Of a stretch of DNA of 64,000 nt, positions 22,240-35,339 are shown piece after piece (positions within the stretch are counted from its first letter, which is position 1; each line of letters starts with the position of its first letter). The stretch lies in assembly GCA_025558095.1 (NCBI GenBank), contig JAIVFI010000009.1, forward strand, positions 1-64,000. The letters run 5' to 3'. A model generated the notes under the pieces. The model worked only from the letters and a program-made list of their open reading frames with translations. It was not told the DNA's origin and made no database searches. This DNA comes from Hyaloraphidium curvatum SAG 235-1 (Eukaryota; Fungi; Monoblepharomycota). A program made the position numbers and the translations under genes.

Positions 22240-23809
22240 CTACTGCTTCCTCCCCAGGCTCCTCCCCAGGCTCGCCACGACGGTGTTGTAGTCCACCCCT
22301 CCCCCGTCGTTCTGCACCGGCGGCACCGCGGCCGGCGGCGGCGCCTTGGGCTGCTCGGGGACGAACACGCCCTGGTTGGAGAGCCCGGCGCGGACGCTCG
22401 AGAAGCCGCCCTCCTCGTCCGCCACGGGCTTCTTGTCGTACGGGTTGGGCATGTCGGGGTTCGGGGGGGGCTTGGAGTCGGGCTTGAGGGTCGCGCTGCG
22501 GGGGAGGGTGTCGGCGGAGTTGACTGCGGGCAAGGAGGGGTGAGCAAAGGAAGGGGAGGCGGGGACGGGGGACGCACGGTGCTTGGCGAGGCCCTCGCCA
22601 AAGTTGCGGTATACGATGATGGCGGCCACGAGCACGGCGACGCCGACGACGATGCAGATCACGGCTGTGGGATGGGTGCACGTTCTGCGTCAGCGAATGG
22701 TCCGCGACGAGCGGCTTGCCGTCCCACCGAAGAAGGTCAGGTACTTGTAGGTGAACAGGTACTTGTACCTCTGGTCCGGCTGGTACATCCTCACGATCTT
22801 GAAGACAAAGTAGATGAGCGTCGCCACCAGCAGCACCATGAATGCGATGCTCATGGGCTTGTTCTCGCGCTTGGCGCCCCAGATGGCCGCGAACGAAAAG
22901 ACGATGGCCACGGGCAGGGCGACGATGGTGAGCCAGAACTCGTAGTCGCCCGGGTTGAGCTGCAGCACGAGGAACTGGATCGAGAAGGTGAGGGCGAAGA
23001 AGAGGTCGAACTTGACGAGCATGAGGAAGATCTGGTACCAGCGGTACATGTCTGTGGGGAAAACGGTGGACTTCCACGTTAGCTCCGCGAGACGCAAACG
23101 GCGCCGCGGTCTCCCCACATCGCATGTGCGGGTCCGCCCCGATCCGCTTGTACATCTTCCACCCGAACTCGCGCGTGAGCTTGAACGCCAGCCACACGAA
23201 CACGGCCTCGAACAGCGCGAGCACGGTCGGGATGACGATGAGGATGGCGCCGTACTTCTGCAGCACGGCCTTGTCGATCTCGAGCGCGTTGTCGTAGATG
23301 GCCTGGGTGAAGAGGGACTCGAGCTGCCAGTACTGGAAGAGGGCGTAGGCGAAGCAGCACGCGTTGAAGACCAGGAAGCCGTAGAGCTGGATCGAGTTCT
23401 TGTGCCAGATCTGGCGGGGCACGCGGGTCAGCATGCCGTGCGACGGACGGCGGAGCGGTCGGGGACACCCACGGCGTCCCAGCAGATGGCCAGGTTGAAC
23501 ACCTGCGACAGGCAGAACATGACCAGGTACACCGGCACCCCCTTGGCCGGCGTGTCTTCGACCATGGAGATGTTCCGGATGAAGAGCGAGGCCACGACGG
23601 CCTCGAGCGCGACGATCACGACGGCCTGCACGAAGACCAGGCCGAGGGTCAGGCGCTGGTAGAAGGTCTCGGGAAATTTCTGCGGGTGCGGGGCGGGCGG
23701 GCGGGCGGCGGACGGCGGCCGCGCGGGGGCAGCGGCACGTCAGCGGGCGGCGGACAGCGGAGGGAGGCGCGGCACCCACGTCCCGGATGGCGGAGACGAT
23801 GCCACCCAT
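22240..23809 (-). CDS. Multi-pass membrane protein (fungal UPF0658-like)
   Basis: WHKNSIQLYGFLVFN, KLTREFGWKMYKRIGAD, YQIFLMLVKFDLFF, KRENK, YKYLTFF; several introns. Confidence 0.82.
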
Positions 23810-24417
23810 CGCGGCGGCGCCCTCCCGGGGCGGGGAGGGAGGGGCAGGGAGCCCGGGGCTCCGCGGCCCGCCGCACTGCGGGCCGCCTAAGAGCCGCGTC
23901 TAAGAAGCCCTCCCGCGGTGCCGCTGCGGCCGCCGGGCGGCCGGGGAGCGGGCGGTCCGCGGTGCCTCTGCGCGGCCCGGGTCGTTCCTCAGCGGCGCCC
24001 GACGCGCGCGCACCACGCCGCCATCGCCGCCGTCCGCACGGCGCGCCTTTCGCTGTCTCTGCCGCGGTTGCTGGCCGCCGCGGGTCGGCTCGGGGGTTTT
24101 CGCTCGGAGAAGGCCGCGCCGAACTCTGGAAGGGCACCGCCCCGTCCAGCCCGCCATCACGTCACCTGAAAGTTCCGGGCCGCGCGCCCAGCCGGATGGC
24201 TTATCCCCAGACGTTCTATACACCGGCACGGGGCCGGGATTACATGTTTGCGGGCCGCTGCCGGCTCCCCACGCCGGGCATCCCCCGCCCGGCCCTCCCC
24301 GAGACAGAGCCGCGGGCCCAGGCGGCCCGCGCCGTCCGCACACGCACAACCAGAAGCAGTTCGGGCCGATCAAAGCCCAGCAAAAACGCAGTGGGGCGCG
24401 GGGGCCCCGGGAACAGG

Positions 24418-26628
24418 TCAGATGTGCGGCGATGCGCCGCCGGCCTTGGCCGAAGGCGGGGTGGCCGGCGCCGAGGGCGTCGGCGAGCCGGCGCCGCTGG
24501 GGGCCGCCGACGACTCGACGCTGCCGTCCGGCGAGGGCTCCTGCGTCGCCTCCGAAGCGGGCTGCGGCACCCGTGCGACGTACGCGAGGATGACGGTCAC
24601 GTCGTCGAGTTTCCTGTGGGGTCCCGGGTGTGAGTACGGTGCACAACCTCGCACCTTCCCGCAGCGACCACCCACCCTCCGAAATGCAGATGCCCCGCCT
24701 TCCTCGCGTTCCTCGAAAACGGGCTCGGCTTCCTCGCGTCCCTCGCCGCCAGCCTCGCATCCATGCACAGCTGCCGCGCGACCCTCTCCAGCCTCCTGTC
24801 GATCTCGGCCAGCTCCCCGTCCCCCCCTCCCAGCACGAACCCGTGCGTGGACCCCCTGTCCGCATCCACATCGAACCCCCCGTCCTCCTCGTGCGGCTCC
24901 CACCCGTGCCCGATGCCCCCCAGAGCCTGCTGCAGCCGCGCGTGGATCTCCTCCTCCCACAGGTTGTCCCACACCCCGTCCGTACCCAGGACCACCACGT
25001 CGCCCTCGCGGATGCCGTGCTCCCCGCCGAAATGCTCGCTCACCGCGTCCGAGGGCGAGTCGACGATGTTGGTGGGGTCGCTCCGCATGGGCGGGGGCAG
25101 GACCGAGAGCTGGAACGGCGCGTTGAAGTAGTGCTGCAGGTCCGTGGTGCGGAAGGGCACGTGGAACTCGGACAGCGAGGCGTCGCTGGCGCGGGAGCCC
25201 GTGGTGCTGGGGGGGGAGAGCGAGTCCGGGGTGCCCGAGGCGCGCGGGCCGGGGTCGGGGCGGGGGCGGATGACGATGGCGCCAGAGTCGCCGAGGTTGG
25301 TCGTGCGGACCGTGCCCGTGCGCTGTGGACACCACGGAGGAAGTCCGCGCATCAGCGGCCGCGCACCGATGCACCGCATCCGACGCCCACCTTGTCCAGG
25401 TTCATCAGGCACGCCGTCGAGCTCCCCGCCTCGACCCTGCCCTCCTCCACCACGCGCCTGTACCCGTCCGCGAGCAGCTTTGCCGTGTCCACCCCCCCGC
25501 GGGCGTCCGCGGCCTCGGCCTCCTCGCGGCAGCAGTTCATCAGGTCCCACGCGAACAGGGACGGGTCCACGCCGAGGGAGGTCCAGCCGCCCACGCCGTC
25601 GGCTGCGAAACACGTGCCGGCGATCAGATGCGAAAGAGGAGGGGGGGAGGTATGGGGACCCACCGACGCCGAGGGAAAAGCTCGTCGCGCCGTCGTGCAC
25701 AAAGTACGCGTCCTCGCCGCAGTCCTCCTTGCATATCGCGGGCAGGCGGTCCCGCGGGCGCGGGTTCTTGGGCTGCCCCGCTGCTGCCACCCTGTGCGTT
25801 CTCATGGATCAGCACGCCGCCGCAGGACAAGCGACACCGCGATCGCGCAACGCACCTCAGATCCCACACCACCCCCTTCCCCCCCCCCCTTGCCCTGGCC
25901 TCCGCCTCGGCCGCCTCCGGGGACGGCGGCGGCGTCGGCATCCCCTCCTCCTTCTTCGCCTCGGCCTCGTGCGGCAGCGGCAGCACCATCGGCGCGTCGT
26001 AGGTCGTCGGCGTCGGCGGCAGCGTGTCGGCGTCCGTGGGCGTGTCGCGCTCCGCGAGCTGCGGCTCCTCGAGCTCGAGGATGCCCACGTGCGCGCCGCC
26101 GGGGGCGGCGGGGTCCGCGAGGTCGAAGAGGAGGTCGTCTTCGGGGGGGTCGAGTGTGAAGCGGCCGGATTCGCTGGGGGGGAAGAGGATGCGGCCTCCG
26201 GGGGCGGTGTTGAGGTACGGGAAGTCCGAGGTGCCGGGGGGTGCGTAGACGACCACCTCGTCGGCGTCGATGTCCGCGTCGAGCAGGTCGACGTCCCCGT
26301 CGGCGCCGTCGGAGCCGCCCGAGGACCCGCGGAGGTGCGAGCCGCGCCCGCGGAGGGCGGCCATGGCCTCGAAGCCCATGAGCTTCGAGACCGCCGGCGG
26401 GGTGGGGGGAAGGGGGTCGACGTCCATGGCGTCCAGGGAGGGGGGTTTGGGGGAGGGAGTGCGGGGAGGGGTGGGGGTGGGGATGGCGACGAGGGAGGAC
26501 ATGCTGGGGGTGATGAAGAGGGCTTCGCGGGAAGGGAGGTGCAGGGTGGAGTGGGCCGCGGTGCGCGGGCGGCGTGCGGGATGCGCGAGGAGGCTCAGCA
26601 GGCCTGCGATGCGCGCCGCCGGCCGCAT
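24418..26628 (-). CDS. PTC7: PP2C-family phosphatase, PTC7-like, with a mitochondrial presequence-like N-terminus
   Basis: CGEDAYF, ADGVGGW, AGSSTAC, NLGDSG, LQHYFNAPFQL, TDGVWDNL, GKLDDVTVI; introns. Confidence 0.88.
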
Positions 26629-28412
26629 CGCGGGGCGGGGAACATGGTGGGTGGAGGGGGGAAGGGCGCTGCGGCGGCGATCCCCCGCGCCGGAGGGATG
26701 CTGGGGAGCGCGGTCGCTCGCGCTGCCAGGCGCAACAGCGGCGCAGCAAAGATGCGAGAACGAGGAACGGGATCAGAGAACGGCGAGGGCCGGGGCGGCA
26801 GGACGGCCCACCTGGCCCAGCCAAGTCCAATCCGACGGCCCTCCTCGGGTTCCGCCCGACGAAGCGTCCGCCCGCGCTGGCCCCTTCCTACGCCCGCCGC
26901 CGGCCTCTGCACGTGCGGGAAATGCGGGATCCGAGGGGCCGGGGCGGTGCGGCGGCCGATGGCGCAGGAAACGGGAGATGCGCGCCGGGGTCCGCGGCAG
27001 CCGCAGAAACAGCCGCAGGGCCACGGGGATCCAGGAAGAGAGCGGCAAAGGATCCAGAGAGGGCGCAAACAAGGGCGACGGGGCGCCGAGAGGAGTGGAG
27101 GGCGGGGCAGGGACGTGCGAAGAAGGGACCAGATTAGCCACTGCCCGCGAACAGCGCCCGGCCAACGGGCCCCGCGAGCCCGCGATCCGACTCCCGGGAG
27201 CAGTGGCGGCCGGCGGGGGCGGGCGCCGGGGCGCGCGCGCGGCGGGGGGCCGGCGCCCGGGAGGCTGCGGCGGCGGCCCCCCTCGCCCCCCGCCATCCGC
27301 CGCCGCGCCGCCGCGATCCGACGGCGATAAGCGCCCGCCGCGCGCCGCACCGTGCGGATTCGCCCGCTCGCCGTCCGCGCCGCCGGCGCCGCCGTGTCCC
27401 CCAGCCCGCCCGGCCGGCGCCGCCCCGCCGCCCCCGCGCTGCCGCCCGCCCGCGCCCTCTCCGCTCTCCGCGCCGCAGCGACCCGCGCCTCACCTGGAGC
27501 GCCGCGCGGCGATGGGTGCGCCCCGGCGTGTGTGTGCGAACTGCCGCCCCCCTGGCCGCCGCAGCCGGGCCCCGCCGTCCGAACCACACCGGAGCCCACC
27601 GATCCCTCGGCTACCGGCCGGGCAAAACCGCAGAATGCTAGATGGATATATTGATGTGCTGATCCCGGGCCCCGGCGGCCGGATCACTGCCCGCGCGCCC
27701 GATACGGCCCCTCGAACGCGCTCCCCAGCCAAGCCACGGCCATCCCCGCGCCGCGCTCGGACCGCCGTCGGACCTCCGCCCATCCGTCCGCTGCCGCCCC
27801 CACCGTCCCCACCCATCCAAAGGCACGGAATGGATCGTCCGACCCTGAATAGCCAGGCGATCGCCGCCCCACGGCTCGATGACGTGTGGGCGCCCGGAGC
27901 GCGCCGGGGGGACCCGGGTCCCCCGCCGCAGCAAGCTTCCCACCACAAGCCGCCCGCGGACGGTCGGGGGATCCGTGGACGGTGCGGAAGATTCGGAAGG
28001 AACATCGGAGAAGGCAAGGGTGGGATAGCGGATGGCCTTGGGCTTGATGGCTGGGGACGCAGAGGGTGACGTCCGAAAAGCAGCCAAGCGCGCGCTATAG
28101 AAAAGCTCAATAGGCCGCAGCCGGGGCGACGGACGCGATCCACTGCTCCAGAAGTCTCCACCGTCGCGTCGCTCCACGCGGTCTATGCCCTCATTGAAGA
28201 CCTCAACCCGACGGCGGACATCAAGAGAAAGGCGCCGGATCGCGTCGACCAGATCCTAAAGGTAGATGGATTCGAATCTTGATTGTAATCATTCGCTGCT
28301 GATATCGAGGCCGACACGTTTCGAACGGGACGGCCGGGAGGTTGATTGCTTCAACAAAAAACAAGCCCGCGACCGAGACAGCTGGCATGGCCCAACGCCC
28401 CTTCCCAACGCC

Positions 28413-29501
28413 ATGGCTCGCGACCCTCACGACCCACCTGCTCTCCCGGACCTTCCTCCCGAGCTGTTTTTGGGCATCGCCGAGGCGCTCGCGGCGCTCG
28501 GGCTCCGGCGGACGCTCCTGAGCCTCATGCTCGCGTGCCGCCAGAGCTTCGAAATCGGCCTCCCGGCGCTGGGGCGCGAAATCGAAATCGGCAGCGAGCG
28601 CGGCTGCATCGGTTGGGGCTCCACGGCCGGCAAGTTCCTGAACGGCTTTGCCAGGACGGGGAAGTACGGCTTCGTCAGGAGGATCGTCGTGCGGGGCGGG
28701 GGGTACCCCAACGGCTGGGGAACGTTCGACCGGATTCTGAACCTTTGCTTGCCGACGTGCGAGCGGCTGGACTTCTGCTCCGTGGCCGTGCGCGTGGACT
28801 GCGCCCTGGGCGTGGTCAACGCACTCGGCGGCCGGCTGCGGGAGCTCTCGCTGCTCGGGCGTTCGGCAGCAGATACAGTCACGTCGGTCCCCGCCGCGAT
28901 CCAGCGGCTCGTGGTGTCGGGGTCGTACCTGGCTGTGGAGCTCTACGGCACCCTGACGCAGCTCGGAGATCACCTCGCAAAGCTGCCGAAAGAGAGGCAC
29001 CTGGATCTGGACCTGGATCTGAACCGCAGCGACCTTCCCTCGGCAGCCCACGTGCTTCTCCCGCGCGTCAAGATCTGCCACGTCACCGACGCCTGCCTCG
29101 TCGGCTTCCTCGGCGTCCCTTCCTTCGCCCCTCACACGATCGACGTGACGTTCGAGCACCCGCCCCTGGAGACCTCCCTGCGCAGCCTCGCCAAGCTCCT
29201 CGGCCACTTCCCCTCGGTCCGCGTGCTGGTGCTCAAGGGCATGGACATGCGCACCTCGATGCTCGCGTCGTTCCCGCCTCCCGAGTGGGTCCGCGCGGTC
29301 GTGCTCGAAGGACCGCGGCAGGATCTGCGGCCCGCGGACTTTGACAAAATCAGGGCGCGGTGGGACGGATCGAGGCAGCTGGACCTGCGGATGAGGACGG
29401 CCGATTGGGAGACGGGGGCGGCGGCGGAGGAGAGGGAGTTCTGGCGATCGTTGCGCGGGAAGGTGAGGATCACTCTCGTCGATGGATTCTCCAGCTTGTA
29501 G
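28413..29501 (+). CDS. F-box-like/LRR-like hypothetical protein
   Basis: ALPDLPPELFLGIAEAL..LSLMLACR N-terminus, Leu-rich repeats; intronless. Confidence 0.65.
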   Translation: MARDPHDPPALPDLPPELFLGIAEALAALGLRRTLLSLMLACRQSFEIGLPALGREIEIGSERGCIGWGSTAGKFLNGFARTGKYGFVRRIVVRGGGYPNGWGTFDRILNLCLPTCERLDFCSVAVRVDCALGVVNALGGRLRELSLLGRSAADTVTSVPAAIQRLVVSGSYLAVELYGTLTQLGDHLAKLPKERHLDLDLDLNRSDLPSAAHVLLPRVKICHVTDACLVGFLGVPSFAPHTIDVTFEHPPLETSLRSLAKLLGHFPSVRVLVLKGMDMRTSMLASFPPPEWVRAVVLEGPRQDLRPADFDKIRARWDGSRQLDLRMRTADWETGAAAEEREFWRSLRGKVRITLVDGFSSL

Positions 29502-29617
29502 GCATGGGGAACATGGGAAAATGTGGCTCCGAGCCGCTGACGCTCGTTTGTGTTCCGCCGAGAGCGAATCCGGTGACGGCAGGAGGCCGGCGTCCGCGCA
29601 GCCTCGGCACCCGCCCC

Positions 29618-30196
29618 TCACGAAGATCCGCACTGCTCGCTCGGCCTGCAGGTCGGAAAGCCAAAGGTGCGCTTGACGCAGCACTCGCTCGTGCACTGGT
29701 AGTTGTACAGGCAGTGGTGATCTGCATCGCAGGTGCTCCGTCAGCCGCGCGCCCCGGCCGACCGCCCAGAGATGCCCACAGACGGGGAGGTTGGTGAGCT
29801 TCGACAGGGGTATCGGGCGCCGGGGCGGGGTGGTCCCCTCGTTGTCGGACTGGCTGTCGTCGTTGTCGTCGTCGTTCTGCCTTGGGTAGATGGCCGCTCC
29901 CTTGGGCCCGCACTGCCGGACGGTCGGCATCCGGCGGAGCCACGACCAGCCGACACCCACCTCCGCGGCGCACGTCCCGGCGCAGCACTTTGCGGCGAGG
30001 CAATCGGCGTCGGCGAGGCACGTCTCCCCGTGGCCTGCGGGCGCCGCGGGTGAATTCCGATCCGGACGGAACGCGGGAGACGCGCACCCTTTAGGCCCGC
30101 GACGACGAGCTCCGACGCCGGGGCGGCGGTGGCAGAGGGCGCCAGAAGGATGGTGAGTGCGAGGAACGCGAGGATCGAGGCGCGGAAGGGCTGCAT
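29618..30196 (-). CDS. Small secreted protein with two cystine-knot-like C-x5-C-x3/4-CC-xn-C units
   Basis: Signal MQPFRASILAFLALTILLAPSATA; CLADADCLAAKCCAGTC and CLYNYQCTSECCVKRTFGFPTC; introns. Confidence 0.65.
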
Positions 30197-30427
30197 GGCG
30201 CGAGTGACCGGGGAAGTTGTGGGGGTTTCGCGGGTCCAAGGGCCGGTAATGCCTGAGCTTCGGGCGGCGATCGGGCGGTGCGATGACCTTCCCCGAGGGT
30301 CGACCGATCGACCTCTAGTCATTCATCTCGCTGCAGTCTGGGACCTGTCAATCTCGGATTTCTTGTCCTGGACGTACTGCGGGTGCAGCGCTCGTCGTCC
30401 AATCGGTACACTGCCGGCCTCGCAGCG

Positions 30428-31521
30428 TCACCCCTCTCCCAATCCCGCCATGCCGGCCAGCACCCTCACGAGCTCCACCGACCTCTCCGTCAGCCGCACC
30501 TCCGGCATCGCGGCCCTCGCCTCCGCCGCACCCGCACGCTCCTCGGCCTGCCATGCGCGGGCTTCTGCGGCGCGGAGGCGGGCCAGCCGGTGGTCCGCCA
30601 TGCTCCCGGTCGCCGCGAGCCGGAGCTCGAGCTCCGAGACGCGCCGCTCGGAAGCATCCGCTCGCGATCCGCCGTCCGCCCCCCATGCCTCGGCTCCGAC
30701 GCACGGCCTTCGGCGGCGCAGAGACGGGCGAGCCGCTGGTCCGCGAGGCTTTCGGTCGCCGCCAGCTGCAGCTCCAGATCGGCGATGCGTTCCAGGGCGG
30801 ATGCGAGGTCCGAGCGCGGAGGGCGAAGATCGTCGGTGCGGCCCTCCGTGTCGTCGGCGGTAGGGCGGTTCCGGTCCTCGCGTGCGGAAGTTCGCCGCGA
30901 GGGGCGGCGGGGAGAATCGGATCGGTTCCTTGCCCTCGTGACGGCCTGGCCGCTCCGTGCCTTCCCCGTCGGATCCGAGTGCCTCCGCCGCGGTCCACCA
31001 TCCGCTCCGCTGCACCTGCACGCCGCCCGCAGCATCTCTTTGATGCGATCGGCCTCGACCCGCGAAGCAGACGCGCCGATCACCTCCCATGGCTTGTTCC
31101 CGTTCGCGTCCTCCGCGCCCGGGTCCACGCGCGGATCACCCAGCAGCAGCTCCACCATCCTCTCATCCCCCGCGGCCCAGGGAACGTGCAGCCCCGTCCG
31201 CCCCTTCCGGTCCCTGACGTCGACGTCCGTCCTCCCGCAGGCAAGGAACGCGCTTGCCACCCTCGGATCCCCGGAGCGGCACGCGGCGTGTAACGCGGTG
31301 CTCCCCGCGGCGTCGCGCGCATTGGCGTCGATCCGCGGGTCGGCGAGCAGCAGCTCGAGCACGCGGAGACGGCGGTGCGCGACGGCCTGGGCGACGGGGC
31401 ACGGCGCGTTTTCGGCGGGGACGGGAAGAGGCGAGGTGAGGAGCGTTGAGACGAGGCGCCAATCACCGCGGCGGCTAGCGTAGCAGAGGAGTTGGTAGTC
31501 GTCGGTCGGCACTATAGCCAT
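30428..31521 (-). CDS. Ankyrin-repeat protein with duplicated coiled-coil C-terminus (1-nt frameshift at ~30694)
   Basis: DAAGSTALHAAC, DRKGRTGLH, DANGNKPW; two ELELxLAATxSxADxRLARL repeats lie in different frames. Confidence 0.75.
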
Positions 31522-31979
31522 CTTGGGGATTAGCAACGGATGAGGTGTCGGTTGGTGGGGCGCCGGTCCCCGGAAGGCTACTATTCTAAACGTTGGGATT
31601 CAAAACTTTCCACCCAACCATGAAAGGGCCGGGACACCCCGGGGAGATCACTGAAGGGGAGGAAAGTTCCTTCATGATTTTTCGAAAGCACGGATCGGGC
31701 GTGAAGGGCGAGCACAGTGGAAATGGTGCCTTCATTCCCCCTGTTCAGCCTCGCGGGCAGATCCCCTTGAATCTCTTCCTCAATGCACATTGCGATTCGG
31801 AAATTGTCGGAACAGACGAATCGCAATGGACGAATCGACAGGCCGTCGGTCGTCGGCGATGGGATGAGCTGATCCACCGCCCGGCCGGCCACCGACGCCT
31901 GAAAAACAAAGCGCCCGATTCGACAGTCCCCGGCCGCCGCCCCTCGGCGCCGCCTCCGTACCCTCCAATCTCGCTCGAA

Positions 31980-33278
31980 ATGCTTCGCACCGCGTCCGCC
32001 CGCTGGGCGGCGGTGCCATCGTCGCCGCTGCGGACCCTTTGCTCCCCGCCCGCCCGCGCCTTCTCGGCCTCCGCCGCCGCGCCGTCGGCCAAGCCGTGGC
32101 GCGCCGCCACCAACCTCGTGCGCGGCGGCTCGCAGCGCACGCCGTACCGCGAGACGTCCGACGCGGTGTTCCTCACCTCGGGCTACGTGTACGAGTCGGC
32201 GGCGCAGGCCGAAAACACCTTCCTCGGCACCGAGGACAACTACCAGTACTCGCGCTTCGGCAACCCGACCGTGTCGGTGCTCGAGGCCAGGCTGTGCGCG
32301 CTCGAGGGCGCCGAGGCGTGCCGCACCACCGCCACCGGCATGGCCGCCGTGCACGCCTCGATGCTGTCGCACCTCAGGACCGGCGACAGGGTGGTCGCCT
32401 CGCGCGCGCTGTTCGGGAGCTGCCACTGGATCGTGTCGACACTGCTGCCGCGCTACGGCATCGAGCACGAGTTCGTGGATGGCGCCGACCTCGCGCAGTG
32501 GGAAAGGGCGCTCTCGCGCCCGGCCTCCATGGTGCTGCTCGAGACGCCCTCGAACCCCATGCTGGACCTCGTCGACCTGCGCGCCGTGTGCGACCTCGCC
32601 CACAAGGCCGGCGCCATGGTGGTCGTCGACAACGTCTTCGCCACGCCGCTCGCCCAGCGGCCCCTCGAGTTCGGCGCCGACGTCGTCGTCTACTCGGCCA
32701 CCAAGCACATGGACGGCCAGGGCCGCGTGCTCGCCGGCGCCGTGCTCGGCAGCAAGAAGTACATCGAGGAGACCCTCGTGCCGTTTGTCCGGAACACGGG
32801 GCCCAGCATCTCGCCCTTCAACGCCTGGGTGGTCCTCAAGGGCCTCGAGACCATGCACCTCCGCGTGCCCGCCATGTGCGCCAACGCCACCCGCGTGGCG
32901 GACTTCCTCGCCTCGAGGGAGGACGCGGTGCGCTCGGTGCGGTACCCCTTCCGCAAGGACCACCCGCAGCACGATCTGGCGCGCAAGCAGATGACCATGG
33001 GCGGCACCCTCGTCGCGTTCGACCTCGGGAGCAAGGCCGCCGCGTTCGCATTCATGGATGCCCTCAAGCTGGTGGACATCAGCAACAACCTGGGCGACGC
33101 GAGGTCGCTCATCACCCACCCGGCCACGACGACGCACATGCGGATCGGGGAGGAGGAGAGGGCCAAGCTCGGGATCGGGGAGGGCGCCGTGAGGCTGTCG
33201 GTGGGGCTGGAGGATGCGGATGACCTGGTGGAGGACCTGGGGAGGGGACTGGATGCCGCGGTGGCTGCCAGCAAGTGA
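31980..33278 (+). CDS. metZ: O-succinylhomoserine sulfhydrylase (MetZ-like, PLP-dependent) with a mitochondrial presequence-like N-terminus
   Basis: TNLVRGG..ETSDAVFLTSGYVY, YSRFGNPTV, LFGSCHWI, ETPSNP, DNVFATP, YSATKHMDGQGR, NNLGDARSLITHPATTTH; intronless. Confidence 0.93.
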   Translation: MLRTASARWAAVPSSPLRTLCSPPARAFSASAAAPSAKPWRAATNLVRGGSQRTPYRETSDAVFLTSGYVYESAAQAENTFLGTEDNYQYSRFGNPTVSVLEARLCALEGAEACRTTATGMAAVHASMLSHLRTGDRVVASRALFGSCHWIVSTLLPRYGIEHEFVDGADLAQWERALSRPASMVLLETPSNPMLDLVDLRAVCDLAHKAGAMVVVDNVFATPLAQRPLEFGADVVVYSATKHMDGQGRVLAGAVLGSKKYIEETLVPFVRNTGPSISPFNAWVVLKGLETMHLRVPAMCANATRVADFLASREDAVRSVRYPFRKDHPQHDLARKQMTMGGTLVAFDLGSKAAAFAFMDALKLVDISNNLGDARSLITHPATTTHMRIGEEERAKLGIGEGAVRLSVGLEDADDLVEDLGRGLDAAVAASK

Positions 33279-33503
33279 ACTTTGGAGCTCGGACTTGGGG
33301 ACCCGGTAGGGGTGGATTGCGTTCCGAGGGGCACGGGACGACATGCATCAGGCAGAGTGAGACTGTATCGCTAGAAAAACGAGATGATCTGCTTTTCCAG
33401 AGGGCCGGAGCAGGGCCCGACCCGGGAAGCGGCCTGCGGGATCCGCGGACCCTGACGCGCACGCGCACCCCACGCGTCCCCCTCTCCCCCCCGCCATCCC
33501 GCG

Positions 33504-35250
33504 ATGGCCGAGGCCGACGAAACCGCCGCCCTGCTCGACGCATCGCGCCCGCCGCTGATCGGCGCCCTCGGCCGGTCGCGCTCCGTCGCGCGGCGCGAGG
33601 ACACGGAGCTGCCGCCGCTGGGGCAGCAGCTGTACGAGGTCGCGACGAACACGTGGAGTGCGTGGAGCGGCGGCCGCGGACCGCCGGACGGGATCTGATC
33701 GCGGGCCCGCCGTGTGCCGCCAGTCAACGCGCTGCTGGTGTTCGTGCCGCTCGGGCTGCTGGCCGAGTGGCTGCACTGGGGCGACGTCGCGGTGTTCACG
33801 CTCAACTTCGTGGGTATCCGCGGCAGAACATCGAAGAAGCATTTTCACATCTTCATTGTGCTACGTGTTGGTGCCCACAGTTCGCCATCGTGCCGCTGGC
33901 CAAGCTGCTCGGCTTCGCGACCGAGGAAATCGCCCTCCGCACCTCGCAGGCCATCGGCGGCCTCCTGAACGCGACTTTCGGCAATGCAGTCGAACTCGTA
34001 CGTCCCATTTACGCGTGGGAATCCCGGCAGGACGGCCTCTCACCGGCGGTTCTCCTCCCGGAGATCATCGGCGCCATCGCCCTCAACCAGGGCCTCCTGC
34101 CCGTCGTGCAGGCCTCCATCCTCGGTTCCGTGCTCTCCAACCTGCTCCTCGTCCTGGGCCTCTCGTTCCTCTGCGGGGGGATCTACTTCAAGGAGCAGAA
34201 GTTCAACAGCACCGCCGCCGGCACGGCGGCCAGCCTGATGACCATGAGCGTGCTGGGCATGATTCTGCCCGCCGCGTTCCACGCCCAGGCTTCGGTACGT
34301 TGCTCACGCCCGGCTGCTCTCTTGTTCCCCGGCCTGACGACCCCGCAGAAGGACGATCCAACCAGCGCCGTCAGCATCCTCGACATCTCCCACTACACCG
34401 CCCTCATCCTCCTCTGCATCTACGTCCTCTACCTCATTTTCCAGCTCGGCACGCACGCGCACCTGTACGCCGAGGAGGCCGACGTCGCGGAGCACGCCGA
34501 GGACCCGGCGATCGGGCCGAAGCTGGCGCTGGGGCTGCTGGTGGGTGCCACGGTGCTGGTGGCCTTGTGCGCCGAGGGGCTCGTGGGCGCCATCGAGGGG
34601 GTGTCGGAGAAGGCCGGGATGGGGACGATGTTCGTCGGGTTCATCCTTCTGTGGGTTTCCGTGCGCGTGCCGAACGAGGACGGGTTTCTGATAGGGCATC
34701 ATCGCTGCGAAGGCCGCTGGTTGGTAACGCGGCCGAGCACTTGACCGCCGTCACCGTGGCCATGAAGAACAAGGTAGATTTGGGCTGTTTGCTGGCCCAG
34801 GGACGGCGAGCTGACTATTCGAGGCAGATGGAACTTTCCATCGGCGTCGCGCTGGGCTCCTCCATCCAGATTGCCCTCCTCGTCGGGCCTCTGCTCGTCG
34901 TCATCGGCTGGATCAGTGGGTCTGAGTCTGCCTTTCCTCGTGGACCTGTTCTAACCTTCTACATTGCGCAGTCGGCCAGCCCCTGACCTTCGACTTTGGC
35001 ACCTTCGAGACCATCGTTGCCTTTGTCGCCATCATCTTCACCAACGGTGTCGTCGTCGACGGCGTCTCCAACTGGTGCGCCCTTGCCCCGGCTGCCTGCC
35101 GGCCTCTTGCTAACCGACCTTCCCAGGCTCGAGGGCGCCATGCTCCTCGGCGCCTACGTCGTCGTCGCGGTGACGCACTGGTACCTGCCGGACCCGCCGC
35201 ACGCGGTGCCGCCGCCGATCCACAACGGGACCATGGTCATCGGAATCTGA
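33504..35250 (+). CDS. VCX1: Vacuolar Ca2+/H+ exchanger (CAX/Vcx1 family), multi-exon
   Basis: [62 protein letters not shown]. Confidence 0.92.
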
Positions 35251-35339
35251 GGAATAGAGCTGCAGTGGAACTGCCTTGATTTCAGACCTTGGCGCGGTCT
35301 TCGCCGGCCCCGAGGAATGCTACGAAAAGCGAATGGATT

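Noticed and set aside
26650-28260. GC-extreme region with many overlapping ORFs
   Set aside because: No codon bias or motifs; probably promoter or intergenic sequence
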